Positions 29,971 through 39,605 are shown, numbered from the stretch's first letter. The stretch is DNA of 64,000 nt from Patescibacteria group bacterium (GCA_041738615.1 JBGSPL010000003.1:24708-88707); one strand, 5' to 3'. Numbers and translations are program-made. Notes: generated by a model not told the origin, from the sequence alone.

Positions 29971-31035
29971 CTAGTTTGCCGTGTCAGCGCTACTTTCTTC
30001 GACATTAAACTCGTCGAGAGGGAAAAGGTAATCCGCCAAATTTCCCGAACAGGTTGTACCATTGATGCTCGCCAGTGCTTCTGGGGCGGTGAGCGTACTC
30101 CCCAGCGAGCAAACCATACTCTGCCCTTCTTTCGTCGCATCTTCTGGATTTTTATCCAGGGTAGCCTCGACTTCACAAGAATTCTCTACGATTCCCCTGA
30201 TTTGATAACCAAGATCGATACTTCCTGCGACATCAGAATCAAAGTTGCCACTCCAACTAGCAAGAGTACATTTCGCATAGCTTTCCGCAATACAAGAGTT
30301 TTTCTCGTCCTCTTTACCTTCCGCATTACAGTCAAGCACGGTTTCATCAGTGCCCAAGTCCCCAGCGGCTAAGTCGGCACCTCGGCTCAGTACTTGGTAG
30401 CCCCAAATACCTGCTGCCAATAACACAAGGGTTAGCACCGCGCCACCGACTAATATAATAAGATTCGTTCTTCTGCTTTCGGTCATGGTTGTCTTTGTGC
30501 TCGGCGACTTTGGTGAATTCTCTGCGGGAAGCGGAAGTTCGTACAATGGATCTTGGTAAATCTCTGGATTTTCTGCAAGTGGCTCCCCACCCATCGGTAA
30601 CAGCGAAGCTACAGGCGAGGGAGCCAAGTCGCTCTCCTTTTCTTCTTTCGTAACCTGCTGGACTTCAGCGGTAGTTACAGACGCGGGTGCATCCCCCGAG
30701 AGTATAGCCGGGTCGGATGATTGCGACTCTAGTGCGGGGAAGAAGCCAACGTCTTCTGTTTTATTTTCTACTTGTAGTTCTGTGGCTTCTATCTCGTGCT
30801 CAGGACCTTTGACCTCCGCCTGTTCAGACTCCAACTCCAAATCGGAATCTATCGATTCTAATTGCTCCGAAATGCTGCTTGCTCCAGGTGCCGGAACTAC
30901 TTTTTCACCCCCAAAAGAACCCTGACCCCAATCGCCCTGATTAATCTCTGACTCAGGAATTTCCTTACCACAATCTGAGCAGACGTAACGACCGCTCACT
31001 TGGACTAATTCTGTTTTACAATTTGGACATTGCAA
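29971..31035 (-). CDS. Zinc-ribbon (CxxC...CxxC) single-pass membrane protein with acidic linker and Cys-rich extracellular domain
   Basis: N-terminal CPNCK...CSDCGK. TM helix around residue 190. C-terminal domain with 8 Cys. Confidence 0.45.
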   Translation of the reverse strand: MQCPNCKTELVQVSGRYVCSDCGKEIPESEINQGDWGQGSFGGEKVVPAPGASSISEQLESIDSDLELESEQAEVKGPEHEIEATELQVENKTEDVGFFPALESQSSDPAILSGDAPASVTTAEVQQVTKEEKESDLAPSPVASLLPMGGEPLAENPEIYQDPLYELPLPAENSPKSPSTKTTMTESRRTNLIILVGGAVLTLVLLAAGIWGYQVLSRGADLAAGDLGTDETVLDCNAEGKEDEKNSCIAESYAKCTLASWSGNFDSDVAGSIDLGYQIRGIVENSCEVEATLDKNPEDATKEGQSMVCSLGSTLTAPEALASINGTTCSGNLADYLFPLDEFNVEESSADTAN

Positions 31036-31044
31036 GAGTCGCTC

Positions 31045-33471
31045 CTAGTTTTTGTTTCCGAACTTTGCTTCTAAATCCTTAATCTCGTCCCTCATCTTGA
31101 CTACGTCGTTGAGTAATATCTTCTCCTCAACCGCTGCTACCAATCTTCTGGTGCTGTCAATCATATCTGGGTTTACGGAAATTGAGGTTGCTCCGTACTC
31201 TACCATCTTCTGTGCGACTTCTGGGTAGACACTCGGTGCCTGGCCGCAGATAGAGCAAGTCACGCCATACTTAGCACAAGTCTCGACCGTTCTCTGAATC
31301 ATCCACTGCACAGCTGGATAGCGTTCGTCGAATTCCTCTGCAACTACCGAGGAGTCGCGGTCCAAGCCTAGCGTTAACTGAGTTAAATCATTCGAACCTA
31401 TCGATACCCCATCGATTCCCATCTCACAATATTTGTCTATCTCGATAACTGCACTTGGTACCTCCACCATAATCCAGAGCTTGAAGTCAGGGTCACTCTG
31501 TTTGTTCAGTCCGCTAGCTTCTACAATTTGCTTCACTTTGGCAAACTCGTCGGTTCGACGCACAAACGGAATCATTAGCTGCAGGTTGTTGTAGTTCTGA
31601 CGCACACGTTTTATTGCCTCGAGCTCCAAAGAGAACTCTTCTGGATCCTTGAGGTAGCGGAAACAGCCACGGTAGCCAATCATTGGGTTTTCTTCGTTTG
31701 GCTCAAACTCTTCTCCACCCTTCAGACCTCTATACTCGTTTGTCTTAAAGTCAGTAGCCCGATAAACTACGTTTCTTGGATGAAATGCCTTGGCGAATTT
31801 CTCCATCCCCTCAGCAAGCTTGGTCACGTACTCTTCCTGACGGCCCTGCTTGATCATCGACTTTGGATGTTCGCCAATAGATTCCATAATGATAAACTCG
31901 GCACGTAGTAATCCGACTCCGTCCACATCCATAGCAGCGACTTTCTCCGCAAGTGAAGGCTCCGCAAGGTTCACGTATATCTTTGTTGCGGTAATAGGAG
32001 CAGCCGGTGCAGCCATCATGGCCTCCCCTGGCGCAGGTGTAGCAATTTTTGGTGGCTCTACCTTGCCTTCATAAACACTGCCACCCTTACCATCGACTGT
32101 CACCACCTGGCCATCCTTAAGCTTCGTGGTGGCGTCTCCCGTACCAACGACGCATGGAATACCTAGTTCACGCGATACTATCGCTGCGTGGCATGTACGC
32201 CCCCCTGCATCAGTTACAATCCCTGCTGCTCGTTTCATGGCCGGTACGAAATCTGGCGTTGTCATCTCAGTGACCAAAACGTCACCTTCTTTGATCAAGT
32301 CAATTTCGGAGGGACTATGGATAATCTTTACCGGGCCCGAAGCCATGCCAGTACTCGCGGCCTGGCCTTTCATAATCACTTCATGGTTCTCGGTGCTAGC
32401 GTCTGGGCTTGTATTACTAGAGTCTGCTTCAGGGGGCCCACCCAATGTAGTTACCGGCCTACTCTGAACCATAAACATCTTGCCGCCCTCTAGTGCCCAC
32501 TCTGTATCCTGGGGCTTACCATAGTGCTTCTCGATCTCTAGTGCCAGCTTGGAAAGCTGCATTATCTGTTCATCGTTTATCTTCTGAACCTCCTGATCCT
32601 CTATCTGAACAGGGATACTTTCGCTCTTCAAAACTGATAGGTCACCAGTATCTCCAGAACCAGAATCTCTGGTAAGCTTCCAAGTCTGCTTAAAGATCTC
32701 TTTGGATGTTACCTCGAGGGTTTTCTTGTCTACCAAGTAACGGTCTGGGGTCACAGCGCCCAAGACCACTACCTCGCCGAGTCCATAGGCCGCCTCTATC
32801 GAGATATGGTCGAGGTCGTTGTTCGAAGGGTCAATGGTGAACATCACTCCTGCGGCTTGCGAATTGACCATTTTCTGCACTGGAACTGCGATGCCCACGT
32901 CGAGCTGTCCAAAACCCTGCTCCTCGCGATAATAGATAGCGCGGGCTTCAAAGAGTGATGCCCAACACTTAAGAACCGCGACGAGAACTTCCTCATCACC
33001 TTTTACATTCAGGTAGGTTGCCTGCTGGCCTGCAAAAGAAGCCCCGGCGAGGTCCTCTGCTGTCGCGCTAGAACGTACCGCAACATACAGCTCGTCCAAT
33101 GGAGTCTTACTGTCCTTGGCAAGTTTGTGGTAGTTGTCTAAAATCTCCGTTTTGAGCTCCACCGGGAGTGGTGTATTCAAAATTAGGTCTTTTGCCTTCT
33201 CTGCACGTTCCTGCAAGTCCTTGGAATCTTCCTTGTTGAAGCCGTCGATTACTGAACTAATTTTTTGTGCAAGATCCGTGGCTTTCAGGTAATCAAAGTA
33301 AGCATCTGCAGTAATAATAAAGCCTGGCGGAACAGGTAATCCTGCCTTTGTAAGCTCCCCTAGGTTCGCTCCTTTACCTCCGACAATGGCGCCATCATCC
33401 TTGCCGACCTCAGAAAACCATAATATATCTCTACTCATTAAATATCCCTCCCTTATTATTACTTTTCTCAC
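31045..33471 (-). CDS. ppsA: Phosphoenolpyruvate synthase (pyruvate, water dikinase)
   Basis: ATP-grasp N-domain, phosphohistidine mobile domain GGRTCHAAIVSRELGIPCVVG, C-terminal PEP-utilising TIM barrel. 808 aa. Confidence 0.88.
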   Translation of the reverse strand: MRKVIIREGYLMSRDILWFSEVGKDDGAIVGGKGANLGELTKAGLPVPPGFIITADAYFDYLKATDLAQKISSVIDGFNKEDSKDLQERAEKAKDLILNTPLPVELKTEILDNYHKLAKDSKTPLDELYVAVRSSATAEDLAGASFAGQQATYLNVKGDEEVLVAVLKCWASLFEARAIYYREEQGFGQLDVGIAVPVQKMVNSQAAGVMFTIDPSNNDLDHISIEAAYGLGEVVVLGAVTPDRYLVDKKTLEVTSKEIFKQTWKLTRDSGSGDTGDLSVLKSESIPVQIEDQEVQKINDEQIMQLSKLALEIEKHYGKPQDTEWALEGGKMFMVQSRPVTTLGGPPEADSSNTSPDASTENHEVIMKGQAASTGMASGPVKIIHSPSEIDLIKEGDVLVTEMTTPDFVPAMKRAAGIVTDAGGRTCHAAIVSRELGIPCVVGTGDATTKLKDGQVVTVDGKGGSVYEGKVEPPKIATPAPGEAMMAAPAAPITATKIYVNLAEPSLAEKVAAMDVDGVGLLRAEFIIMESIGEHPKSMIKQGRQEEYVTKLAEGMEKFAKAFHPRNVVYRATDFKTNEYRGLKGGEEFEPNEENPMIGYRGCFRYLKDPEEFSLELEAIKRVRQNYNNLQLMIPFVRRTDEFAKVKQIVEASGLNKQSDPDFKLWIMVEVPSAVIEIDKYCEMGIDGVSIGSNDLTQLTLGLDRDSSVVAEEFDERYPAVQWMIQRTVETCAKYGVTCSICGQAPSVYPEVAQKMVEYGATSISVNPDMIDSTRRLVAAVEEKILLNDVVKMRDEIKDLEAKFGNKN

Positions 33472-33546
33472 CCTTTTGCTATTTGATATTTGATCTCTGG
33501 TATTATCACTCTAGTTTCCCGCTTCCGCGGGAATGACATGGGGTGG

Positions 33547-34401
33547 CTATGCTTTGTCAGCACTTCCAAACATTATAATTTTTCGCTTTACCACTTCCTT
33601 AATCGCCTCTATCTCTTCAGGTAAATATTTATAAGGCACAATCTCGTCTGGGTTATCGCTAAGCTCTTCTCTGAGCGTCTCGGTATATGCAGCCCGAAGT
33701 TCGGTGTTTACGTTTACTTTCGTAATCCCCAGGGCGATTGCTCTCTTTATCTGCTCCTCAGGTATCCCCGAACCACCATGCAGCGAGAGTGGGACTCCTA
33801 TTTCGCCAATCTTTTTAAGCCGTTCGAAATCTAACTCTGGTTCATTCTCATAAATACCGTGAATATTTCCGATAGACGACGCAAGGATATCGATACCAGT
33901 TGCCTCTACAAACTCCGCCGCCTTTACCGGATCTGTGTAGGTACTCTTCTCCATAACCGCAGACTCGCTGTGCATTTCACTACCACCACCAACATGTCCT
34001 AGCTCACCCTCGACGGTGATTTCTTTACTGTGGGCGTAATCAACTACGGACTTAGTAAGTGCAAGATTGTCATCATACGGCAGGACGGAAGCATCAATAT
34101 GAACCGAGCTATAGCCGGCAGTGATTGCTTCTTTTACGGTATCTAGATTCTGTCCGTGGTCGAGATGAATCGCCACTGGAATATTGAGGCCCTCCGCAAG
34201 ATCGCGAACAATATCTGCTACCACCCTGGCCCCCATGAAGTTCTTCTCTTTCTCCGAGGTCTCTATCACTACGGGTGCATTCAGCTCAGTTGCGGCTTCT
34301 AAGATTCCTCTGATTGCCTCTGGTGTTGAGACATTGAATGCCCCGACTGCATAACCACCAGCCTTCGCTTTCTCGTATAATTCCTTACTCGTAACAATCA
34401 T
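33547..34401 (-). CDS. fba: Fructose-bisphosphate aldolase, class II
   Basis: GYAVGAFNV, HLDHG, LHGGSG class II aldolase motifs. 284 aa. Confidence 0.9.
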   Translation of the reverse strand: MIVTSKELYEKAKAGGYAVGAFNVSTPEAIRGILEAATELNAPVVIETSEKEKNFMGARVVADIVRDLAEGLNIPVAIHLDHGQNLDTVKEAITAGYSSVHIDASVLPYDDNLALTKSVVDYAHSKEITVEGELGHVGGGSEMHSESAVMEKSTYTDPVKAAEFVEATGIDILASSIGNIHGIYENEPELDFERLKKIGEIGVPLSLHGGSGIPEEQIKRAIALGITKVNVNTELRAAYTETLREELSDNPDEIVPYKYLPEEIEAIKEVVKRKIIMFGSADKA

Positions 34402-34583
34402 TTTTTCTTCTTTCCTTTCGGTACTACTTTACCTACAGTTCGTGGCACTACATATCCAAGGAGTTTGGACAGAGCCCAAACGAAGCCACCGACAGCTGCT
34501 AAAAATAGTACAAGCAATCCACCGCCAAATATGTAATCCAAAAGTCCGGTTACCGGCTGAGTGTATCCTGCGACAACGGACAT
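34398..34583 (-). CDS. Small single-TM membrane protein (61 aa)
   Basis: Hydrophobic helix plus C-terminal KGKKKK. Start/stop coupled between tpiA and fba. Confidence 0.35.
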   Translation of the reverse strand: MSVVAGYTQPVTGLLDYIFGGGLLVLFLAAVGGFVWALSKLLGYVVPRTVGKVVPKGKKKK

Positions 34584-35380
34584 TATTTTGCCGCCTTTTT
34601 CTTTGCCGCTGGCTTCCCGTCAAAGGATTTTACGATAGCGCTAAACTTGTCAAAGCTTAGGCTCGCGCCACCTACTAGAACGCCGTCGACGTCAGCAATC
34701 TTGGCAATCACTGCCGCATTCTCGTCGTTCACGCTTCCTCCGTACAGAACGCGAATACCTTCTGCGGCCTTCTTGCCATAAAGAGCAGAAACTAAACCAC
34801 GTATATTCTTTGCCATTGCAGTAATCTCTGCGGGTTCACAGGTGAGACCCGTACCTATTGCCCACACGGGCTCATACGCTACCACGACATCAGCCACTTC
34901 ACCGGCGGTGAGCTGTGAGAGAGCAGCCTCGAGCTGACTCATCACCACCACTTTCGAAAGCCCATCCCCCTTTTCATGAAAAGTCTCACCGACACATATA
35001 ATCGGGGTGATACCGTAAGAGTAGGCAGCTACCACCTTCTTTGCGACCAGTTTATCATTTTCACCAAACAGTGCCCTGCGCTCTGAATGGCCAATAAGCA
35101 CATACTTTACAAAATTTTTGAGCTGAGAGGCAGCCACTTCTCCGGTATAAGCCCCCTCTTCTTGATAATAAACGTTCTGTGCACCGACAGAGATATTCTC
35201 TCCCGAAAGCTCCTTGGCAGCAGCATAGATATCCAAGAATGTTGGACAGACCACTATCTCGGTTTCCTCTACCTTGGCTAGATTCTTTCGAAGTTTCTCG
35301 ATGAGTATCGTGCTCTCAGGCACGGTCAGATTCATTTTCCAGTTACCAACGACTAGTTTTTTATACAAAACTCCCTCCAA
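34583..35380 (-). CDS. tpiA: Triosephosphate isomerase
   Basis: VVGNWKMN, IGHSERR, AYEPVWAIGTG motifs. Confidence 0.93.
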   Translation of the reverse strand: MEGVLYKKLVVGNWKMNLTVPESTILIEKLRKNLAKVEETEIVVCPTFLDIYAAAKELSGENISVGAQNVYYQEEGAYTGEVAASQLKNFVKYVLIGHSERRALFGENDKLVAKKVVAAYSYGITPIICVGETFHEKGDGLSKVVVMSQLEAALSQLTAGEVADVVVAYEPVWAIGTGLTCEPAEITAMAKNIRGLVSALYGKKAAEGIRVLYGGSVNDENAAVIAKIADVDGVLVGGASLSFDKFSAIVKSFDGKPAAKKKAAK

Positions 35381-35424
35381 TCCAATGTGCTCATTCTACC
35401 AAAAATGCTAGCAACTTGATACTT

Positions 35425-35748
35425 TCAGCCGAATATCATGTTCGAGAAAGTAGCCTGGCTTTCCTCCGTTAGCTCTGATTTGATTGCCTCAACGTAATCA
35501 TAAACACTCTCAATCGTTATCTTCTTGATCGATGCCATGCTCTCAGCAGACAAAGCATGGTCATTTAGATAATCTCGAATAATGTTGGCGTCGTCTGTAT
35601 CGGGATAATTAGAGTCGATTTCGGCAAGTTTATTCGAAATCTTGATAGAAATTATTTCGTTTAAACTCACTATTTGCTCTTCGGCGGCTACTTGAGTGAA
35701 CCCGGCGAAAATCAAAGCTTTTTTTAATTTCTCTACTTCTTCATCCAT
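35425..35748 (-). CDS. Hypothetical protein (107 aa) embedded in glycolytic operon
   Basis: ORF with coding-like composition between pgk and tpiA. No motif recognised. Confidence 0.35.
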   Translation of the reverse strand: MDEEVEKLKKALIFAGFTQVAAEEQIVSLNEIISIKISNKLAEIDSNYPDTDDANIIRDYLNDHALSAESMASIKKITIESVYDYVEAIKSELTEESQATFSNMIFG

Positions 35749-35751
35749 ACA

Positions 35752-36126
35752 TTACCCCTGCTTCTTAAAAATGGTATTCTCTGCAATTCCCTTGAGACCA
35801 ACGCCGACCGTTGCTGTTCCAAGCAAGGTTTCAGCGCTCGTGCCTGTGGCTGTACCCAAGGTAAACGCACCTAAACCTATCAAAACCACAACCCCACCGC
35901 GAGAAACCGGGTGTTTAGCAAATGAAACGATCCTTTCCTTGGCCTCAGTTAGATAACGCCCCATTTTTTCTGGTAAGGAAAGGACATCGTCTTGTACCAC
36001 CTCTGGTTGCCGCGCAACGTTATCTGGCAGATATAAGCCTCCCTTATCGACCTCGCCATCAAACCCAGCGTCTATCCCCCTAGAATCAAACATATCCTCA
36101 CTTACCACCAAGTCTTTTTCTGCCAT
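35752..36126 (-). CDS. Hypothetical protein (124 aa) with C-terminal TM segment
   Basis: ORF tightly packed (3-nt gap) with the neighbouring hypothetical. Confidence 0.35.
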   Translation of the reverse strand: MAEKDLVVSEDMFDSRGIDAGFDGEVDKGGLYLPDNVARQPEVVQDDVLSLPEKMGRYLTEAKERIVSFAKHPVSRGGVVVLIGLGAFTLGTATGTSAETLLGTATVGVGLKGIAENTIFKKQG

Positions 36127-36136
36127 GACATACTCC

Positions 36137-37306
36137 TTAGTTTAAGATTTCAATCCCTGGCAGCTCCTTGCCTTCCAGGAACTCCATGCTGGCACCTCCG
36201 GCCATAGAAACAAAATTGAACTTATTCTTGGTCTCTTCCGAGAGAGCAGCTATCGTATCGCCGCCGCCAATTGCCGTGTAGGCACTCGATCTAGTGATTG
36301 CGGCGCCTACAGCGATAGTGGCCTTGGCAAAGTTTGGAAACTCAGCTATACCCAGTGAACCATTCCAAAATATTGTCTTGGCGCCAGTTATTTCTTTCTC
36401 GAAGGCAGCCACTGTTTCTGGACCGAGGTCTACAATGATATCTAGGTCCCCGACCTCTTCTACTGGCACTGTGAGTCCCCTCGCGTTCTCAGCTACTGCC
36501 TTGGTTATTACCACGTCTCTAGGTAATACCAGCTTCACTCCATGCACCTTGGCGCCCTGTACAATTTCGTTAGCCTGCTTCACATATTCTTCCTCGTAAA
36601 GAGAGCATCCAACCTCCATGTGTTGCGAGCACAGGAATGTATTGGCCATACCACCGCCGATAAGGAGCGTATCCACTTTGTCTAACAAATTGTTCAGGAT
36701 CCCAAGCTTATCAGAAACTTTGGCCCCACCAGAGATAAAGACAAATGGTTTCTCGACGTCGCCAAGCAGTCTAGATAGATTATCGACTTCACGCTGCATA
36801 CAGAATCCGGCATAAGCTGGCAGATACTCTGCAACACCCACTACCGAAGCGTGCGCCCTATGAGATGATGAAAAAGCGTCGTTCACATATACGTCACACC
36901 CCCGGGCCAACTTTTGTGCAAACAAAGCGTCGTTCTGTTCTTCGTCAGCATAGTAACGAACATTTTCTAAAAGCAGTACGTCTCCACCTTTTGCCTCGTA
37001 GACGGCCTTATCTCTCTGTTCACCAACACAGTCAGAAACAAACTGAACACTTTTTTTGATCAATGATTCCAGCTCTTTTGCTACTGGGCGCAATGTGAAT
37101 TCCTGCTGGTTCTCGGCGCTAGGCCGACCCAAATGACTCATGAGTACTACTGCAACGTCATGATCTAAAAGATAGTTTATCGTCTCTAGGCTTGCGATTA
37201 TTCTCTCGTTATCGGTAATCTTGCCCTCGGCCATGGGGACATTGTAGTCCACACGTACCAGAACCTTTTTGCCTGCTATATCGGTAATATCTTGGATTCT
37301 TTCCAC
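36137..37306 (-). CDS. pgk: Phosphoglycerate kinase
   Basis: VRVDYNVP, FISGGAK, GGGDT motifs. 389 aa. Confidence 0.93.
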   Translation of the reverse strand: MERIQDITDIAGKKVLVRVDYNVPMAEGKITDNERIIASLETINYLLDHDVAVVLMSHLGRPSAENQQEFTLRPVAKELESLIKKSVQFVSDCVGEQRDKAVYEAKGGDVLLLENVRYYADEEQNDALFAQKLARGCDVYVNDAFSSSHRAHASVVGVAEYLPAYAGFCMQREVDNLSRLLGDVEKPFVFISGGAKVSDKLGILNNLLDKVDTLLIGGGMANTFLCSQHMEVGCSLYEEEYVKQANEIVQGAKVHGVKLVLPRDVVITKAVAENARGLTVPVEEVGDLDIIVDLGPETVAAFEKEITGAKTIFWNGSLGIAEFPNFAKATIAVGAAITRSSAYTAIGGGDTIAALSEETKNKFNFVSMAGGASMEFLEGKELPGIEILN

Positions 37307-37307
37307 G

Positions 37308-38303
37308 TTATTTCCCTATGTAGACGGACATCTCTGCCAGGCGGCAAGAGTAGCCCCATTCGTTATCATACCAACCGATAATCTTGAAGAAATTCTCACC
37401 CACGCACTTCGTCATGGCAGCATCATACCCTGCTGAGTACTCGCTTCCCTTGTAGTCCATCGAGACTATCGGTGCCGTAACATACTCCAGATAGCCCTTC
37501 ATTCGGCCCTGTGACGCTTCGAGCATCTTGGCGTTAATCTCCTCCACTGTAGTGGCTTTCTCGAGCTCCACCGTGAGGTCAGTGACAGAAACTGTAGGGG
37601 TAGGTACTCGCAAAGCGATTCCATCTAGCTTTCCGGCAACCTCAGGGATTACTTCCTTCAGCGCCTTGGCAGCGCCAGTGCTTGTGGGGATAATATTTAG
37701 TGCTGCGGCACGAGCGCGACGTAAATCTTCGTGCGGTAGGTCGAGGATTTTCTGGTCATTTGTATAGGAGTGCACAGTGGTCATAAGGCCAGCCTTCAGG
37801 CCGAAATTATCGACAAGTACCTTTACAATTGGTGCGAGGCCGTTAGTTGTACAAGATGCATTGGAAACGATGTGATGTTTTTCCTTGTCGTATGTCTCTT
37901 CGTTTACCCCAAACACCAGCGTTGCGTCTACATTCTTACCTGGTGCCGAAAGCAGTACTTTCTTGGCTCCTGCAGTGAGATGCGCCTTTGCCTTCTCGCC
38001 ATCAGTAAAGAATCCGGTACATTCTAGCACAACGTCTACATCCAGCTCTCCCCATGGTAAATTTGCCGGATCCTTCTCCGAGTATACTTTTACTTCCTTA
38101 CCACCGACTACAATAGCGTTACTCGTGGCCTCAATCTCCGTCTTCCAGACGCCATAGTTCGAATCATATTTCAATAAGTGCGCCAGCGTAGCCACGTCCG
38201 AGAGGTCATTTACCGCGACGATGGAAACCTCGGGATACTTTGTAGTCAAAATCTTAAATACCTGTCGCCCAATACGACCAAAACCGTTTATCGCAACCTT
38301 CAT
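37308..38303 (-). CDS. gap: Glyceraldehyde-3-phosphate dehydrogenase
   Basis: INGFGRIGR NAD-binding, catalytic SNASCTTN, C-terminal WYDNEWGYS. Confidence 0.95.
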   Translation of the reverse strand: MKVAINGFGRIGRQVFKILTTKYPEVSIVAVNDLSDVATLAHLLKYDSNYGVWKTEIEATSNAIVVGGKEVKVYSEKDPANLPWGELDVDVVLECTGFFTDGEKAKAHLTAGAKKVLLSAPGKNVDATLVFGVNEETYDKEKHHIVSNASCTTNGLAPIVKVLVDNFGLKAGLMTTVHSYTNDQKILDLPHEDLRRARAAALNIIPTSTGAAKALKEVIPEVAGKLDGIALRVPTPTVSVTDLTVELEKATTVEEINAKMLEASQGRMKGYLEYVTAPIVSMDYKGSEYSAGYDAAMTKCVGENFFKIIGWYDNEWGYSCRLAEMSVYIGK

Positions 38304-38617
38304 GCTTTTCTCCTTCTGATTAAAATAACGTAAATCACTAGTCCCAGTACTTCAGTGCCGATGAGTGTCGATAGATAAGCGATCTCATCCAGGTTCGAGG
38401 TTTCGCTACCGCAGCTCCCTGTATCGGGGGTCTTGTAGAGAATACACATCCGGTACTTCTCGTCCGACATTTCCTCGCGTACACACGCTGCGGGAGGAGG
38501 ACACCGGCGCGCCTTGTCTACCTGAGCCTTCGTTAAAGCCCCGAGATATGAGCCCACAAAGAAACAGATGGCAATCACCGCGGCTAAAGCGGCAGCCTGT
38601 TTTAGTCGGTTTTTCAT
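38300..38617 (-). CDS. Small Cys-containing membrane protein (105 aa)
   Basis: N-terminal TM, CPPPAAC and CGSETS, C-terminal TM. Overlaps gap by 4 nt. Confidence 0.35.
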   Translation of the reverse strand: MKNRLKQAAALAAVIAICFFVGSYLGALTKAQVDKARRCPPPAACVREEMSDEKYRMCILYKTPDTGSCGSETSNLDEIAYLSTLIGTEVLGLVIYVILIRRRKA

Positions 38618-38655
38618 ATATTCATTCTACCGCGCTGAGCACAAAAAAAGAAGCT

Positions 38656-38868
38656 TTATCGCTTCTTTTTATTGGCCATTCCCTCCAGCTTCTTCTTGGC
38701 ATATTCCTTTATCTTATCCAGAAACACAAGCTGGATACCAAGCAGCTCGATCCCCACAAATATCAGAATCCATCCAGGCAATATCGGCAAAACTACTCCT
38801 GCAATACCTATAAGCACGAGGAGAAGACCAAAGACGATACGAACTATTCGCAATACTTCTTGCTGCAC
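38656..38868 (-). CDS. Small 2-TM membrane protein (PGPGW-like motif LPILPGW)
   Basis: 70 aa; two hydrophobic helices; C-terminal KKKR. Confidence 0.35.
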   Translation of the reverse strand: MQQEVLRIVRIVFGLLLVLIGIAGVVLPILPGWILIFVGIELLGIQLVFLDKIKEYAKKKLEGMANKKKR

Positions 38869-38875
38869 TGGCCCC

Positions 38876-39187
38876 TTAGTCCTTTACCATCACGAGCAAC
38901 ATCTTGAATTTATCGGTGGCATATACCTTGTGAGGTTCATTTGCTGGCATCGTGATAGTCTGGCCAGATTTTAGCGAAAAAGTCTCACCAGAGATAGTCA
39001 CCTCCGCCTCGCCATCAGTGACTAGCACCATCGCATCGAAAGGTGCGGTGTGCTCGCTGAGCCCCTCACCCTTATCAAAGGCGAAGAAGGTTACAGTCCC
39101 AGCGTCCTTTTTTATCAAAGTACGACTGGCAACAGTACCTTCCTGGTACCCTACCAAAGAATCTAAATCTTTCATTTCTGCTTTCAT
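38876..39187 (-). CDS. Cupin-domain protein
   Basis: 103 aa with a double-stranded beta-helix pattern (HTAPFDAMVLVTDGEAEVTISGE...PANEPHKV). Confidence 0.65.
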   Translation of the reverse strand: MKAEMKDLDSLVGYQEGTVASRTLIKKDAGTVTFFAFDKGEGLSEHTAPFDAMVLVTDGEAEVTISGETFSLKSGQTITMPANEPHKVYATDKFKMLLVMVKD

Positions 39188-39252
39188 CGCGGTTCTCCGT
39201 TATCGTCTACCTATCTTAACATAGATAGTAGCATGTTTTACTCTCAATAATC

Positions 39253-39281
39253 TTGATTAATCGCTACTTTTTTGTTATAAT
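39253..39281 (+). promoter_or_regulatory. Sigma70-like promoter TTGATT-N17-TATAAT upstream of tRNA-Glu
   Basis: -35 at 39253-39258, -10 at 39276-39281, 14 nt upstream of the tRNA 5' end. Confidence 0.55.
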
Positions 39282-39295
39282 ATCCAAGTTCTAGC

Positions 39296-39370
39296 GGTCC
39301 CATCGTCTAGTGGTTAGGACGCCAGGTTTTCATCCTGGTAACAGGGGTTCGACTCCCCTTGGGACTACCA
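39296..39370 (+). tRNA. tRNA-Glu (anticodon UUC), CCA encoded
   Basis: Manual cloverleaf: acceptor GGTCCCA/TGGGACT, anticodon loop TTTTCAT, T-arm GGGGTTCGACTCCCC, discriminator A. Confidence 0.85.
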
Positions 39371-39530
39371 GCAAGAAATCTCAGCCATTTGGCTGGGATT
39401 TTTGCTTTTAGCTAAGTGGTGAGAACCCCTGGGTGACCAAATGGTTGAGTTCAATTTACAGATAAACCAGGCGGTAAATACATGGATTTGTGATATAGTA
39501 TGTAGGTCCTGATATTGGTGAGAAGCTCAG

Positions 39531-39551
39531 CGACTCCCCTTGGGACTACCA
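39531..39551 (+). repeat. Exact 21-nt direct repeat of the tRNA-Glu 3' end (CGACTCCCCTTGGGACTACCA), att-like
   Basis: Identical to 39350-39370. Followed by hairpin AGAGACTGATC...GGTCGGTCTCT plus a T-run. Confidence 0.8.
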
Positions 39552-39605
39552 AAAAGAGACTGATCATTTGTGGAAATGGTCGGTCTCTTTTTTTATTATC
39601 TATTC

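Noticed and set aside
39209-39226. Palindrome CTATCT-taacat-AGATAG upstream of the cupin gene start
   Set aside because: It is short (6-bp arms) and could arise by chance in AT-rich intergenic DNA. Noted only.
39400-39551. Possibility that the sequence after tRNA-Glu is a second tRNA (for example an intron-containing one) ending in GGGACTACCA
   Set aside because: Only the 3' 21 nt match. There is no T-arm 5' strand, D-arm or anticodon arm. A 7-bp pseudo-acceptor pairing needs three G-U wobbles. It is interpreted as a repeat of the tRNA 3' end, not a gene.
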